The translations under genes were made by a program, and so were the position numbers. Shown one piece after another: positions 1-11,508 of a stretch of 64,000 nt of DNA (the first letter of the stretch is position 1; every line of letters begins with the position of its first letter). The notes beneath the pieces are model-generated. The model did no database searches. It saw only the letters and a list, made by a program, of their open reading frames with translations, and had not been told where the DNA came from. This stretch comes from Amoebophrya sp. A120 (taxonomy: Eukaryota; Protista; Dinoflagellata), in NCBI GenBank assembly GCA_905178155.1, contig CAJINV010000002.1, positions 303,713 through 367,712 on the forward strand, written 5' to 3'.

Positions 1-1186
1 AACGGGCACCGCAGCTGTTTCCCTGGCTCCGTCCTTCTCCTCCACTCGTTCCAGCAGGGGCATCAAAGTGAAAGCCCCCCCCTCCCCACATCGAAACGAA
101 ATTTCTGACGCTGGAATTGCGCACACAAATCAAATTTGTCTCTGCAGGCCCATATCGTGCCAATGTAGAGAGGTTTTGGCCTAGGCAGTTGGCAGGAGGA
201 ACGTCTATGCTGTAGGACCAACAGCATTGCAAATCGCCGGCATAATCGGGCGGAGCCCGTGCCGTCGCTTTCTTGCAAGACAGACCCGATTTGTGGTCAC
301 AAATCAGCATTACAAATTCTCTGAGGCGTTCCTTTTCGATAAGGGGAGGGGGGATTTTTCCTCACGATAAGGAGTCGCAGAACCTTTTTGCGCAACACGG
401 GGTCTATCCTGTGCAAAAGTATCGCACTCGTAGTAATTGCGGTTATGCATTACAAATCTTTTTCCTAAGGTCAATCAGCATAACAAATTCCATTTCTCAC
501 GCTGAGGAAATTTGTAATGCAATTCATACTAGTACGATGCTTTTGCAATTCATAGGGTCAATTTTACTTCGGCGATGTTGGATTCCCCACAGATGGGACA
601 GCAATTATCCTGCTGTATGGGAGAGCACAACAACTCCCCCTCTCCCTCATTTGTCAATCCAAAATTATAACAAATCCAAGCGCTCCTGTTGCGTGGTGCC
701 GTAGTTTGCATGACAGATTCCGGAAGGAGCCGAAACAGGTGGACTACATTCGGCACGACACACATTTACCATGAATTGGCTCCACCTCCACGCGCTGTGC
801 TTGTGTTTGTATTTACTGTTCATGCCAACATACACATGAGGGGGAAAAGGGGGGGTTGTTACTCTCATATCCTGTTCTTGCCCATCAGCTGCTGCGGGCG
901 CAGTTGTACTAGCCACAACAGGTGCAGCGGTTGCGGCGGGTGGAGCAGCAGAAGGATTGTCGGGCGGGTTTACTATTGCGCTGGACGAAGCACCTCTAGC
1001 TCTAGGTGGACTACGATTGATATTATTACCACGACGATGGCGCGGTGGCTGCAGAGCGGAGACAAAACTACCAAAGCAATATTGGTCTTCGAACAACCCG
1101 ACGTGCTGGAAGAGAGTCTGCACGCACAAGAGGCCGGCGACGCAAAGACGACCGAAGTTGATGCTCTTGCAGTGGTGCGCCGTCAT
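1..1186 (-). CDS. RING-finger protein with N-terminal hydrophobic (signal-like) segment; 3 introner introns; runs off the window edge
   Basis: Exons 1186-870, 610-555, 399-370, 55-1 (each element plus one TSD removed) read MTAHHCKSINFGRLCVAGLLC...QEQEDNCCPICGESNIAEVKLTPCCAKRFCDSCWNEWRRRTEPGKQLRCP, which has RING-type Cys spacing. Confidence 0.85.
61..369. mobile_element. Introner element family D (TIR core AAAATCCCCCTCCCC)
   Basis: CATC...GATA ends, TIR, flanks AGGGG/AGGAG; removal restores the RING frame. Confidence 0.85.
405..554. mobile_element. Introner element family B (TIR core TGCAAAAGTATCG(C/T)ACTCGTA)
   Basis: TAT...ATA ends, perfect TSD GGGTC. Confidence 0.9.
616..869. mobile_element. 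Introner element family H (TIR core CAACTCCCCCTCNCCTCATT)
   Basis: TAT...ATA ends, TSD TGCTG/TCCTG; related to 29331-29551. Confidence 0.8.
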
Positions 1187-1990
1187 GATTGCAGTTTTGG
1201 GCTTAGGAAATGATGATTTTAAAAAATAAAAATGATGATTTAGGAAATGATGATTTAAGCTTCGGAAATAAACTTGTCCGATTTTTGCAAGGAGTACAGT
1301 AAAGCTCTGCTTCAGGATTTAGTTCGTACTTGTAGTTGTAGAGGTATCTTTTATTTGTAACGCAGGGTAAGCACGTAGTAACGACTTCAAAAAAAACGAC
1401 TGTTCCGGTTACTGCATTTGTTGGTCCAAGAATGGAGTGGCTTAAATGTATTTTCTTTGGCAGAAACAATTTGCCGAAGGTGCGGCAGCACATTGATCCT
1501 TATTCTTAAACCGACGACCCGTCGACAAAAATTGATTCCGCAAAATTTGCATGGATGCACACTGAGTGGTCGTGGGGCTAAAGCTGACTAGTGTCCCAAA
1601 ACTTTCATTCATCATCATCATCATCATCAAAATTTGCATGGATCTTTCTCCTGGTAGGACAACATTTCTTGCACAAGTATGGCGTTCTCAAACGTTACAT
1701 TCTCAACTGTTACATGGTTTGTCATGCAAAATTGCCTTCAGAAGCGACACCATCAAGCTGCTTCGCATGACAAATTCTCAGAGGGCCAAGTAGGGTGATA
1801 ATGGGCGCCAAGTCTGTCATGCAAGACGCGCAAGATCGCCCCTATCACTTTTGCCATTCTTGCATCACGAATTCATGTAACAGTTGAGAATGTAACGTTT
1901 GAGAACGCCATAACAAGGTAATTTGGATCGCGGTTTCGGGTGTGGATCTTCATCTTGCTTTGGTTTCTGTTCTTGACTCCTCACTAGTAC
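1050..1990. repeat. Segmental paralog block (gene 5' end plus upstream), similar to 5640-6230 and in part 2660-2850
   Basis: Colinear shared sequence, e.g. CACAAGAGGCCGGC.ACGCAAAG, AAAATTTGCATGGATC, GTGGATCTTCATCTT. Confidence 0.75.
1678..1912. mobile_element. Introner element family F
   Basis: Perfect 39-bp TIR TATGGCGTTCTCAAACGTTACATTCTCAACTGTTACATG; perfect TSD ACAAG; empty paralogous site near 6161. Confidence 0.95.
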
Positions 1991-2005
1991 CGCCGCCCGC
2001 GGTAG

Positions 2006-2264
2006 TATCAAATGTCTGGGTCTGGAAGAATACAACTCGTGATGCTACTTTTGGAATCTACATAAAAACTGTATTGCATGAACAGCAAAAGAGGTGTAAT
2101 TTGTGCTACGCGGAGAGGGCATTTCTCATGCGGTATGAGCATCAGAAAGCCCTCGCAAAATCTCTGATGCTAGGGCATGCATCACAGACCTCATCATGGG
2201 TCATGCAAAATGTGCATGACAAACTCCTGCATTCTTCCAGGCCCAGACATTTTTGCAATCCATA
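2006..2264. mobile_element. Introner element family A (TIR core ATGTCTGGGTCTGGAA)
   Basis: TAT...ATA ends, perfect TSD GGTAG. Confidence 0.9.
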
Positions 2265-2484
2265 GGTAGATATCAACGGCAATTTTCACTAGTAACCGAC
2301 AGACTCAGTTCTGGAGTGCCTTATAATTGGATCATTCTGTTCCTCCTTTCTACTTGTTGTGCCTTACATTAGGGTCTGATCGGAGTTCATGGAGGGAAAA
2401 TTTTATCGTCGCGGCGCACTGAATTCGCAAGCAGTTCCCGTTGTTACCGAAGTATCTTCTGTGATCTACTTGCCCGACGAATAA

Positions 2485-2630
2485 ATCTTGGGGAAATTTC
2501 TGCTGTGCGGTTAGAGAAAAAGACCATTTGTTGACTTTTTTATTCCTTGCTCTAAGTTCCAGGCACGATCCATTCTTGGCACACACAAACACACCGTCGT
2601 CCTGGCGATCTCAGAAGTAGTTCTCTGGGT
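2485..2630. repeat. Dispersed duplicated block, second copy at about 10265-10410
   Basis: GGGGAAATTTCTG...GGCGATCTCAGAAGTAGTTCTCTGGGTC is near-identical in both places. Confidence 0.8.
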
Positions 2631-3164
2631 CATCAGAAATTTTCTTTCATTTATGTTTTTCCTATTTGGCAGAAATTAGCCACAGTGGCGGCACATTGAT
2701 TTTCTTCAAGAAACCGACTCTACTTCGAGGAAAATTCGGAAAAATTTGCATGGATCAGGATCTAGGCCTTCACTTCTTGCTTAAAAAAATTTTGATCGCG
2801 TTTTGGGAAGTCGTGGATCTTCATCTTCTTTTGGTTTCTGTTCTTTTTAAAAGAACAGAAACCAAAGGAAGATGAAGGGAAAAGAGTATGGAAAGGGTAA
2901 TGCTCTTTCCCCTTCGCGGCAACTACCATCTAATACGTAGCGACCTCCTGACCACCCCACTTCTCAACCGACTTCGCGTGCAGCTCCTTCGTGTTTTTAG
3001 AATCGACATTGCTACGGTTGTTATCTCGAAGTTAGTTACCGACGTTGCGCACAAAGTAAGAACCGGCTGTAGAAGCGCACAGGATGGGTGTTCCCACACC
3101 TCCACGTCCACACAATGTCACAACAAGACGACTTTCTTTCAAAATACCCAACCCACGGGTGAGT

Positions 3165-3520
3165 CCGTTCTACTTCCTCAATGCGGAATACACGAATACT
3201 ACTTCTACCCCAGCGAACAAAGGAGAGGCATTGATCCGCCCCTTGATCAATACAATTGCAGTGCTGATGAACATCACCCTTCGGCCACTGGTGCACTTCA
3301 AGTTGCGAGCAACTACTGCTTACCTTCGACCACTGCTCTGCCAGCTAAGCTTTTCGACGAAAATCGGACGCACCAACAGCCTGTGAAGAACTTCTAAAAG
3401 TTTAGTTCATGCGCGGAATGCGGCGCCATGAGGTTGTTCCACCTCAGGCCAATAGTTTTCATCATCCGATAGTGCTTGATGCTTTTTGCTTTTCAAATAC
3501 GACCATCACCGGGGAGGGTA
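3165..3520. repeat. Duplicated block, second copy at about 6555-6910 (probable degenerate gene 5' ends)
   Basis: Near-identical sequence from CGTTCTACTTCCTCA to CACCGGGGAGGGTAAT. Confidence 0.8.
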
Positions 3521-4561
3521 ATAGCGGTACTAGTAGTACTGGGAAATAAACGACTGTTGAGTCGCTAATCTGCTTGAGAAAGCTCCAAGTAAAAGGAGGG
3601 TTCCGCGCATAAAATGAGGCTACTCTTGATGTCAAGGTTTAGGCGTAGTTCATTATAGATACAATTTTTTCTAAAAATGAATAAAAATCCGTTGGCGTAG
3701 TCTTTTTTCCATTTTCCTCCCCGTTCTTGATAGAAATCCTAACAGGGAAGAAGTTTTCGACCTCGTTTTTGTCCTTACAACGACGCTGTGTTCTTTTTCG
3801 TAGATAGGCCTAGTCTACCTTAATTTATCACCAGGTGGTTGTTGTAAAGGTGGCCCGCATCGTCCATCAGGACGTGCTGATCAACAAAAACAAGACAATA
3901 AACCCCAACTACGTGGTGACGGTCTCGATCCCTTTAGGATTATGTACTGAATCAGTATGAAAGACGAGCAGAGCAAATTTTGGACGTGTTTGATTTGTCA
4001 TTGTCTTGCATGCAGGTGCATCTTTTTTCATACGGGTCAGCCTCTTCCTTGCCTATATATAAATCAAGCAAAAAAAACAGTTGGCTTTCCTTCCGATGGA
4101 TTGCATCCACAAAAGACATCTTACATTTTCCATGACAGGCTGATTCAGATTCTTCTACTTGAATACAAATTTATGATCGATCTTCAACAACTCCTACTTA
4201 AATATACTAGCACTGCTACTTTACTTGCAATTGTGCTCCTCGACACCTGAAATTATGTCTCCTGTACTGCCCACCTGCTAGTTGCGCTGCCATCGTAATA
4301 AAATCGGCGAACGCGGCAGTACGTTACTGCGGTGTCTACATGCTGCGAAGCCTGTGTTTCCAGCCTGCCCAACGTACACATCAGCGTCGCGGTAAAGGCA
4401 GCTCGAACATACACAAAATTTGCGTCAGCGTCATCTAAAAGTGCGTGTAGAAAGTATGTCCAAACTATTGTTCGACTTCTATATACAAAAAATGAGTTTT
4501 ATATGTTTCCAAGCCCAATGGCCGCAATTTCGGCTTCATTCTGAAATGCTCACCATAATGA

Positions 4562-5749
4562 CTAAACGTATATGGTTTCGGTGCCTCCAAAACTCACGCG
4601 GCGCTCAGTCGGGCTCCCCTGGCTGCCTACAGCTCTGGTCTGCTGACTGCCAGATCCGCCGCCACTTCGGCGCGCAGTCTGGCTCCACCGGGTTGCGGCG
4701 GTCGTTTTCGGGGCGGCCCGGGCTGCGCGCGGGTTTGGCATTGCGTTGGAACCTGCACTAGGACGACTATGGCCGGGGCTTCCTGCTCGCTGCCCACTTG
4801 CTTTCCCGACGGGTCGCACAGGATGAACACCAGCCGCAGCACGCCGCGTCCCCGTTACGGCGGTCGTTTTCGGGGCGGCTGGGGCAGTTTTACCAGCCGC
4901 AGCACGCCACGCCCCCGTTGCGGCGGTCGTTTTCGGGGCGGCTGGGGCAGTTTTACCAGCCGCAGCAAGCCGCGTCCCCGTTGCGGCGGTCGTTTTCGGG
5001 GCGGCTGGTGCAGTTTTACCAGCCGCAGCAAGCCGCGTCCTCGTTACGGCGGTCGTTTTCGGGGCGGCTGGGGCAGTTTTACCAGCCGCAGCACGCCGCG
5101 TCCGCGTTGCGGCGATCGGTTTCGGGGCGGCAGGGGCAGTTTTACCAGCCGCAGCAGGCCGCGTCATCGTTGCGGCGGTCGTTTTCGGGGCGGCTGGGGA
5201 AGTTTTACCAGCCACAGCAGGCCGCGTCCTCGTTGCGGCGGTCGTTTTCGGGGCGGCTGCGGCAGTTTTACCAGCCGCAGCAGGCCGCGTCCTCGTTGCG
5301 GCGGTCGTTTTCGGGCCGGCTGTGCGCTGGTTTGTCATCGTAAGAAAAAGATGTCTCAGTCTCAGCTTGTAATGCGGAACTTCCTTGAGACCGTTTTTCT
5401 TTTTTGATGTAGACATGCTCACCTCCATGCAAGAGAGTCGCCTTTCATGATAGGGGTTTATTTCCCTTGCTGTTTGAAGCATCAGAAATTTTTTGCTTCT
5501 TGTTTCGCAAATTTGTAAGTGGTGTTGAGTCAACATCTGCATCAAAGGTTTGGGACTGAGACAGATTTTTCTTACGATATTTGTGGCTGTGGAAGCTGTA
5601 CTAGGACAACTGGGACTCGGATTCAAAGCGAAAACAGCAGCACCACCAAATAAATCTTGTCCGAGCAGCGCGACGCGGAGGCAACTACACAAGAGGCCGG
5701 CAACGCAAAGGCGACCAAGATTGGGGTTCTTTTTGTAGTGGTGCGCCAT
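4562..5749 (-). CDS. Putative secreted basic Ala/Thr/Pro-rich tandem-repeat protein; N-terminus paralogous to the gene at 1186
   Basis: MAHHYKKNPNLGRLCVAGLLC hydrophobic N-terminus; about eight 21-aa repeats; contains the in-frame family I element. Confidence 0.7.
   Translation of the reverse strand: MAHHYKKNPNLGRLCVAGLLCSCLRVALLGQDLFGGAAVFALNPSPSCPSTASTATNIVRKICLSPKPLMQMLTQHHLQICETRSKKFLMLQTAREINPYHERRLSCMEVSMSTSKKKNGLKEVPHYKLRLRHLFLTMTNQRTAGPKTTAATRTRPAAAGKTAAAAPKTTAATRTRPAVAGKTSPAAPKTTAATMTRPAAAGKTAPAAPKPIAATRTRRAAAGKTAPAAPKTTAVTRTRLAAAGKTAPAAPKTTAATGTRLAAAGKTAPAAPKTTAATGAWRAAAGKTAPAAPKTTAVTGTRRAAAGVHPVRPVGKASGQRAGSPGHSRPSAGSNAMPNPRAARAAPKTTAATRWSQTARRSGGGSGSQQTRAVGSQGSPTERRVSFGGTETIYV
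4828..5315. repeat. 63-bp coding tandem repeat, about 8 copies
   Basis: CGGTCGTTTT recurs at 4861, 4924, 4987 and onward; encodes AAAGKTAPAAPKTTAATRTRP-like units. Confidence 0.95.
5336..5579. mobile_element. Introner element family I (TIR (C/T)ATCGTAAGAAAAANNTGTCTCAGTC)
   Basis: About 27-bp TIR, perfect TSD TTTGT. Confidence 0.9.
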
Positions 5750-6239
5750 GATTGCAATTTTTCGGTGTCGACGTAAGAAAAAAATGAACAAAAAAAACGG
5801 GAGAGTTTTGTAGGTTTGTGAAGGCGGTCTAAAGTAGACAAGTAAAGTTTTTCTTCAGGTTTATTTTGTTGTACTTGTAGTTGTACCAGACCCAGAGGTA
5901 TAAATAACCTCTTCGCACTAGTACCACGCAGAGTAAAAAGCAAGTAGTAGCGACTTCGATGAAAAAAACAACGACTGTTCTGGTTACTGCATGTAGTTGG
6001 AGTGGTTTAATATTTTCTTTGGCCGAGGTAATTAGCCACAGTGGCGGCACGACATTGATTTTCCCAAAGAAACCGACTCTACTTCGACGAAAATTGAATC
6101 TTCCGAATTTAATTCGGAAAAATTTGCATGGATCAGGATCTAGGACAAAGCATTTCTTGCATAAGAAAATTTAGATCGCGGTTTCGGAAGTCGTGGATCT
6201 TCATCTTTCTTTGGTTTATGGTGCTGTTCCTCATTTGCG

Positions 6240-6510
6240 ACACTGTATTTGAGTACACAAACCGAATTGTACTGCTACAAGGCCAAGAGACGCAGCAGTG
6301 GCCTGAAGAATTGCAGGTAATTTGTCATGCTTTTTTCCACTTCCACTTGCCTCCTGTCGTGCTGAAGATGCAAGGCTTGTTTCCCACGCTAGCCAGCACT
6401 ACAGTCCGCATCTTTTGTCTTCTAGCATGACAAAGCTGATTTGTGATTGCAAATCTGCATCACAGATTTCCATATTGATATGGGCGGAAGGGGGGATTTT
6501 TCTCTTGATA
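6240..6510. mobile_element. Truncated family D element (right end only)
   Basis: Ends GATATGGGCGGAAGGGGGGATTTTTCTCTTGATA; left TIR missing; left boundary approximate. Confidence 0.6.
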
Positions 6511-7810
6511 CTACGTCCAGCAGGAGACACAGGTGAAGAAGCGGGTCTGCGTGCGTTCTACTTCCTCACTTCGGAATACACGACTACTACTTCTACCCCA
6601 GCGAACGAAGGAGAGGCATTGATCCGCTCGTTGATCAATACAATTGCAGTGCTGATGAACATCACCCTTCGGCCACTGGTGCACTTCAAGTTGCGAGCAA
6701 CTAGTGCTTGCATTCGACCACTGCTCTGCCAGCTAAGCTTTTAGACGAAATAAATTGGACGCACCAACAGCCTGTGAAGAACTTTTAAAAGTTTAGTTCA
6801 TGCGCGGAATGCGGCGCCATGAGGTTCCACCTCAGGCCAATAGTTTTCATCATCCGATTAGTGTTTGATGCTTTTTGTTTTTCAAATACGACCATCACCG
6901 GGGAGGGTAATGAATGAATGAAGTGGTGCGGCGGCGGTGGCCTCTTACCTCAAAGCTCGATAGACCGGGGCAGGGAACACCGCAATGCTTTGCACCACGG
7001 GCACACGACTACTAATCGGCAGTGTGGACGCCTCCGGACAGCAGCAACTGCCCAGCATACAAAACTAAGTTATCTCTAAGTGCTGGGAAAATGTCAAAAC
7101 TAAGGGTAAAAAATCTCTGAGAGCTGGGAAAATCTCTGAGAGCATACAAAACTAAGGGTAATCAGATCTGTAGTGCTGGGAAAAAATAAAGGTCCACTCG
7201 CGACGTCCTTGCGAGAAATTTTTATACTCGTGGTGCGACGGGTGGTTCAGAAGTACTATCTTGGAGCTGCATTCCGGTCAAAAATCTACGACAACATCAT
7301 ACATAGGTATACTTCGGTTAACGACTTGGGTTTGGTGGGGGAAAGATTCAGACGTAGGGCTTCTGAACCATAACAGGCTGTGTGCCAGATAATTCTGGCG
7401 TCTCCAGCGCGAAGCCACCCTAAGTAGGACCGAGGGTGGCTCGAGATTCCTGCACCCCCGAGGCCCCCTGCCAAAGCAGTAGCAGGCTGCTCGAAATTAT
7501 ACTAAATTCCTCCCAAGGTCGTGGGCTCCTCCTCCATAAGGTTCTTTTATTTTGGCACAACTCTAACTAGTAAAAGTAAAACGTCTAGTACAACTCTTCG
7601 CCCGCCACAGAAAATAAATTTAAACGGCCATCCATGCAGGTTTCTTTGTTTTAGTTGCCGCGGGGTCAAAATCATAAATATAGCGAAATAAACCAAATTA
7701 TGACTCAGCACAACCATAATGACTCGCAAAGCATCAATCTAGCAAATAAGTGGGCCACAGCTCCTCCCCTCCTAGCTTCGGCTCACCGACGTGATCATGC
7801 TGCTCCAAAC

Positions 7811-9853
7811 TCACTGCTCTGCTCCCTCCTGCTCATCACCCTGCGCCGAGCGTACCAGTCTGGCCGCTTCGGCTAGCAGTCTGCGTGCTTCGGTATACAG
7901 TCTGTCTGCTTCGTCGAACAGCTGCTCCCGGCGGACTAGATCCGCACGTGGTATTTCCATTTCGGCTAGCACCAGTCTGCTTCCTTCTTCCCCCATGTTA
8001 TCAAATGTAAAAGTGTCTGGGTCTGGAAGGATGCGACTTGTCATGCTAAATCTGAAGCATGCAAAAATCTGTGTTGCATGATTACCAAAAGTCGTCCAGT
8101 TTTGCCCAAGTCGGGAGGGAGGCTCTCATGCAGGATATTAGGCATGAGCAGAGAGATCCTCGCACAGAATCTGTCATCGACTAGGTCCTGCATTCCAGAC
8201 CTCATGGGTCATGGAATAAAAGCTGCATGACAAATCTGACAATCTTCCAGACCCAGACATTTTTACAATCCATACATTGCGCTTGCTCGCTCCGTCAGTC
8301 TGATTCCTTCCCTTAATGACAACTCCTGCGGGGACAACTGCACAACCTCCCGGCACACTGGGCAGCTTGGTTCCGTCGTATCCTGCGTAAAATTGGATTC
8401 CCACACCATCCATAGTCGACTAGAAGTCGAGAAGATCCGTATTACAAGAAGCTGTTGAAGAGAGGTTTTGCTTTCGGGTCGTGTTGCGCATCACAAAATT
8501 GCATCGGGCAAGTAAAAATCGGCGTCAGCTAGTGTAGGTGCGAAGCTGTCACAAACGGACTTTCTGATCTCGACGAGAAGAATATGACAACATGACATGA
8601 TTCCCAAAGATTTACATTTAACACCTTCTTGTATGCTTACAAATAAACGTTCCTTCTGGAAGTGCGGTTTTTCATGCGACACACTGACCATCCATCATCA
8701 TCATCATCGTGATTGACTTATCTCCTCTCCTAGCATGCTGCAAATTTGCGTGACCGTGAACATGGTGTGGGTCCTCGTTCGTTCTTTTCAGCTGCATATA
8801 ATTCACATGTCGATAACCACTGGCCGATGCAGCCGGTACAAAACTTGTGACCGCAGGAGCTTAGGGCCTTTTCGTCGCGTATTTGTTCCAGACAGATTGG
8901 ACAGTTGTCACGGTTGGGCGAGCCGTCCTGTGCTATGGCGTTCTCAAATGTTGCATTCTCAACTGTTACATAAATTTGTGATGCAAGAGCTGCAACAGTC
9001 AAAGGTGCAAGCTTGCAGCTTTCGCATCACAGATTTGGCACGGATTCAGATGGTGTTTAGCCGTTCGGAGATTTGTCATGCGAAGCAGCTTGATCATCTA
9101 CCGGATCAAGGTAGTTTTGCATGACAAATTAATGTAACAGTTGAGAATCATGTAACATTTGAAAACGCCATATGTACATCGCCAGCACTGTGGCCGGACA
9201 GGTGGGCGACGTCGTGTGCATCGCCAGCCCCACGTATGCAAGAAAAAAACTGTGTAGGTGTAACTCTGTAATGCAGAACATGTAACAGAGTTACATCTGT
9301 GATGCCAGAAAGCCACGAGGCCTCTTTTCATGTGTGTTTTCCCTTACATGCCACGCATGACAGGTTTTCTCTGTCATGTAGAGCAAACTTGTGATGCTGT
9401 TAGCCAAAGAAAGTTACACTAACACAGTTTTTTTCTTGGATACCACGACTACGACTACGACTACGAGGACGGACCTGCAAGGCGAAAACAGGAAAGAAAT
9501 CTCTGTGACGTAGAAACATGTCTGGGTCTGGAAGGAACTTGTGATACTACAGTATGGAGGATGAGTCTGGTGCAGCTTTCAAGTGCAAGCAAGCACGACA
9601 AATTTTCTTGACGCTGTCTGAAGATGCGTAGCACGCATCACAAACTGCGTCTTTGCCTGACAAAAAAGTAACACCTTTGCTGGCTATGCAACACAGTTTG
9701 CTCAGGAATGCTAGACAGGCAACACAAGTTTCACTTTTCCAGACCCAGACATATTTGCATTTGATACTCTACGGCGACGTACAAGAATGCGGTCTGCAGG
9801 CACAAGAGAGCGGCAACACAAAAACGAGAGGAGCTGCTACGAAGGCGCGCCAT
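7811..9853 (-). CDS. RING-HC protein with N-terminal hydrophobic segment and C-terminal coiled coil; at least 5 introner introns (8415-8815 unresolved)
   Basis: Spliced: MARLRSSSSRFCVAALLCLQTAFLYVAV..FFPVFALQVRPRSRSRSRGAGDAH...DNCPICLEQIRDEKALSSCGHKFCTGCIGQW...PSCPVCREVV...ASAMGEEGSRL...EAARLVRSAQGDEQEGAEQ*. Confidence 0.75.
7999..8274. mobile_element. Introner element family A
   Basis: TAT...ATA ends, TIR, TSD CATGT/CATTG; removal joins the CPVCR exon to the MGEEG exon. Confidence 0.85.
8440..8635. mobile_element. Degenerate family C-like element
   Basis: TATTACAAGAA...TTCTTGTATG ends with GCATCACAA-type motifs; boundaries uncertain. Confidence 0.45.
8934..9172. mobile_element. Introner element family F
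   Basis: TIR TATGGCGTT..CAACTGTTACAT; TSD TGTGC/TGTAC. Confidence 0.9.
9235..9442. mobile_element. Introner element family C (TIR core CAAGAAAAAAACTGTGTNNGTGTAACT)
   Basis: TAT...ATA ends, perfect TSD CCACG. Confidence 0.92.
9504..9766. mobile_element. Introner element family A (left end eroded)
   Basis: ATGTCTGGGTCTGGAA...TTCCAGACCCAGACATATTTGCATTTGATA. Confidence 0.8.
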
Positions 9854-11363
9854 CTTTGGTTATGTATGCTGTTAAATGCAGTTCAACGCGTTAGCCAAAT
9901 CGATTTCGGAAATAAAAGTGTCCTATACTACGTAAAAAACCGCTGTCCTGTGGCTATGGCTTCACGCAAAAAAAATAGTGGATATAGCTGAGTATACTGC
10001 TGCTACTTGTCAAATCAAGCGGCTTCAGTCTTGACTTTGGACTTGAGTTTGCTTCTTCCGGTCCTATCTTTAAAGCGACTACGTTCGAGTTTTATGGGAT
10101 TCGTGCTCCTTTACAAATGTAAATGATTTCAAGCAGAAATGGTAACGGGCTCAAAAAGTAGAAAAGTCGTTTTTTGTTGTTGTTTTTCCAAGAAGGTGAG
10201 TTGCGTAGATGTCAGGTAAAGATTGTCAGAGTTGTTGTCCTAGTCCCGACGGTGGGAAGTGGGTCTGGGGGAAATTTCTGTTGCGCGGTTGGAGAAAAAG
10301 ACCATTTGTTGACTTTTTGAATTCTTTGCTCTAAGTTCCAGGCAGGATCCATTCTTGGCACACTCACACGCCGTCGTCATGGCGATCTCAGAAGTAGTTC
10401 TCTGGGTCTAAGTCGTGATAAATTTTCCTTCATCATTTTCGGAACCAATGGATCTCGATCTTTTTTTATTCACACCGACTCAGATCTCCTTTCGTCAGCG
10501 AGCTACTGACCTAAGCACATCGAATAAAAACACGCACGGACCAGATCAGATCAGATCAGATCAGAGTTGTCAGCCCACGTGACGCCGTCACGCAAGCTGG
10601 GCTCAACGCAGCGGTCAGGCAATCCTAACCACCACGTCGGCCGTAAAACAGATTTGCGTTTGTCAGAAGTTTGGAGCTGAAACAGAATTAACTAAACCCT
10701 TTTGCAGACTAGAGAGGACTAAAAAATAGGCTCCGAAGAGCTGAGCTGGAATGGGCGAGAAGACTAAGCTCCGAGGAGCTACTTTGGAAAGGTTTGAAAA
10801 AACTATGCTCCGAGGAGCGGGCCTGGGGGAGCTAAAACAAAACTAAGCTTTCAGATTTTGGATTTCAATAAAAAAAAAACCTACACGGCAATAGGTCAGA
10901 ATAATGGTCTTCGTCATGTGAAAACCCTCAAACCGGCTACAAGTCGTGATTTGTCGAAGTCGTCACGTTCCCGTCTACGTAGGATTGGTCTTTTCGCAGG
11001 AAAAAAACTCACGCTCTTTCTACTACCTGAACTATCAAAACTGCAGTTTTAGATGGGGACAAGGCGATACGTGTGAGATCATGGAAAACAACAGCTTTTT
11101 TGGTTTCTCGCTCTCGTTAGTGAGTCTGTTTTTCCACCATAGCATCGGGACAAGGCGAGCACGATGGATCCTCAGAGCTTGTAAGAGTTTAACTACGAAG
11201 TGCGAAGCCTTTAACACGTACCGCGGTCCCTTCCCGGCGACCAAGTTTAGAATGGAAATCAGGTAAAACTTTAAACCAAGCATTCGTGTAATAGCCTCAT
11301 CCTGGCCACCTCACTTCAACCGACTTTGCGTGCTCCTTCGTGTAAGAATCGTTGACACGGTTG

Positions 11364-11508
11364 TACGTTAACGGAATTTGTGATGCAGTAACGCATCAGA
11401 AAAGGCGCCCAAATTTGTATTGCGCAACATGCATGGACGGCAAAATTTGTAATGCATAGCTGCTATCTGAGAAAACCGTTAACGTTAAGACTTGTTTTTT
11501 GTCTGATA
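11364..11508. mobile_element. Degenerate introner-like insertion in a pseudogene paralog of 2950-3090
   Basis: Inverted ACGTTAACGG/CCGTTAACGT, TTTGT(G/A)ATGC motifs, GATA right end; the flanks are contiguous in the 2950-3090 copy. Confidence 0.5.

Noticed and set aside
4769-5407. Plus-strand RGG-rich ORFs
   Set aside because: Antisense reading of the 63-bp repeat; the minus frame has the paralogous leader
8379-8414. 36-bp mini-introner (TAT...ATA between GTCG repeats)
   Set aside because: The frame is already open through it, and removal with the 4-bp repeat introduces a stop
9503-9767. Introner converted to a canonical GT-AG intron
   Set aside because: A GT...CAG model keeps the frame, but so does the element-plus-5 model; they cannot be distinguished without cDNA
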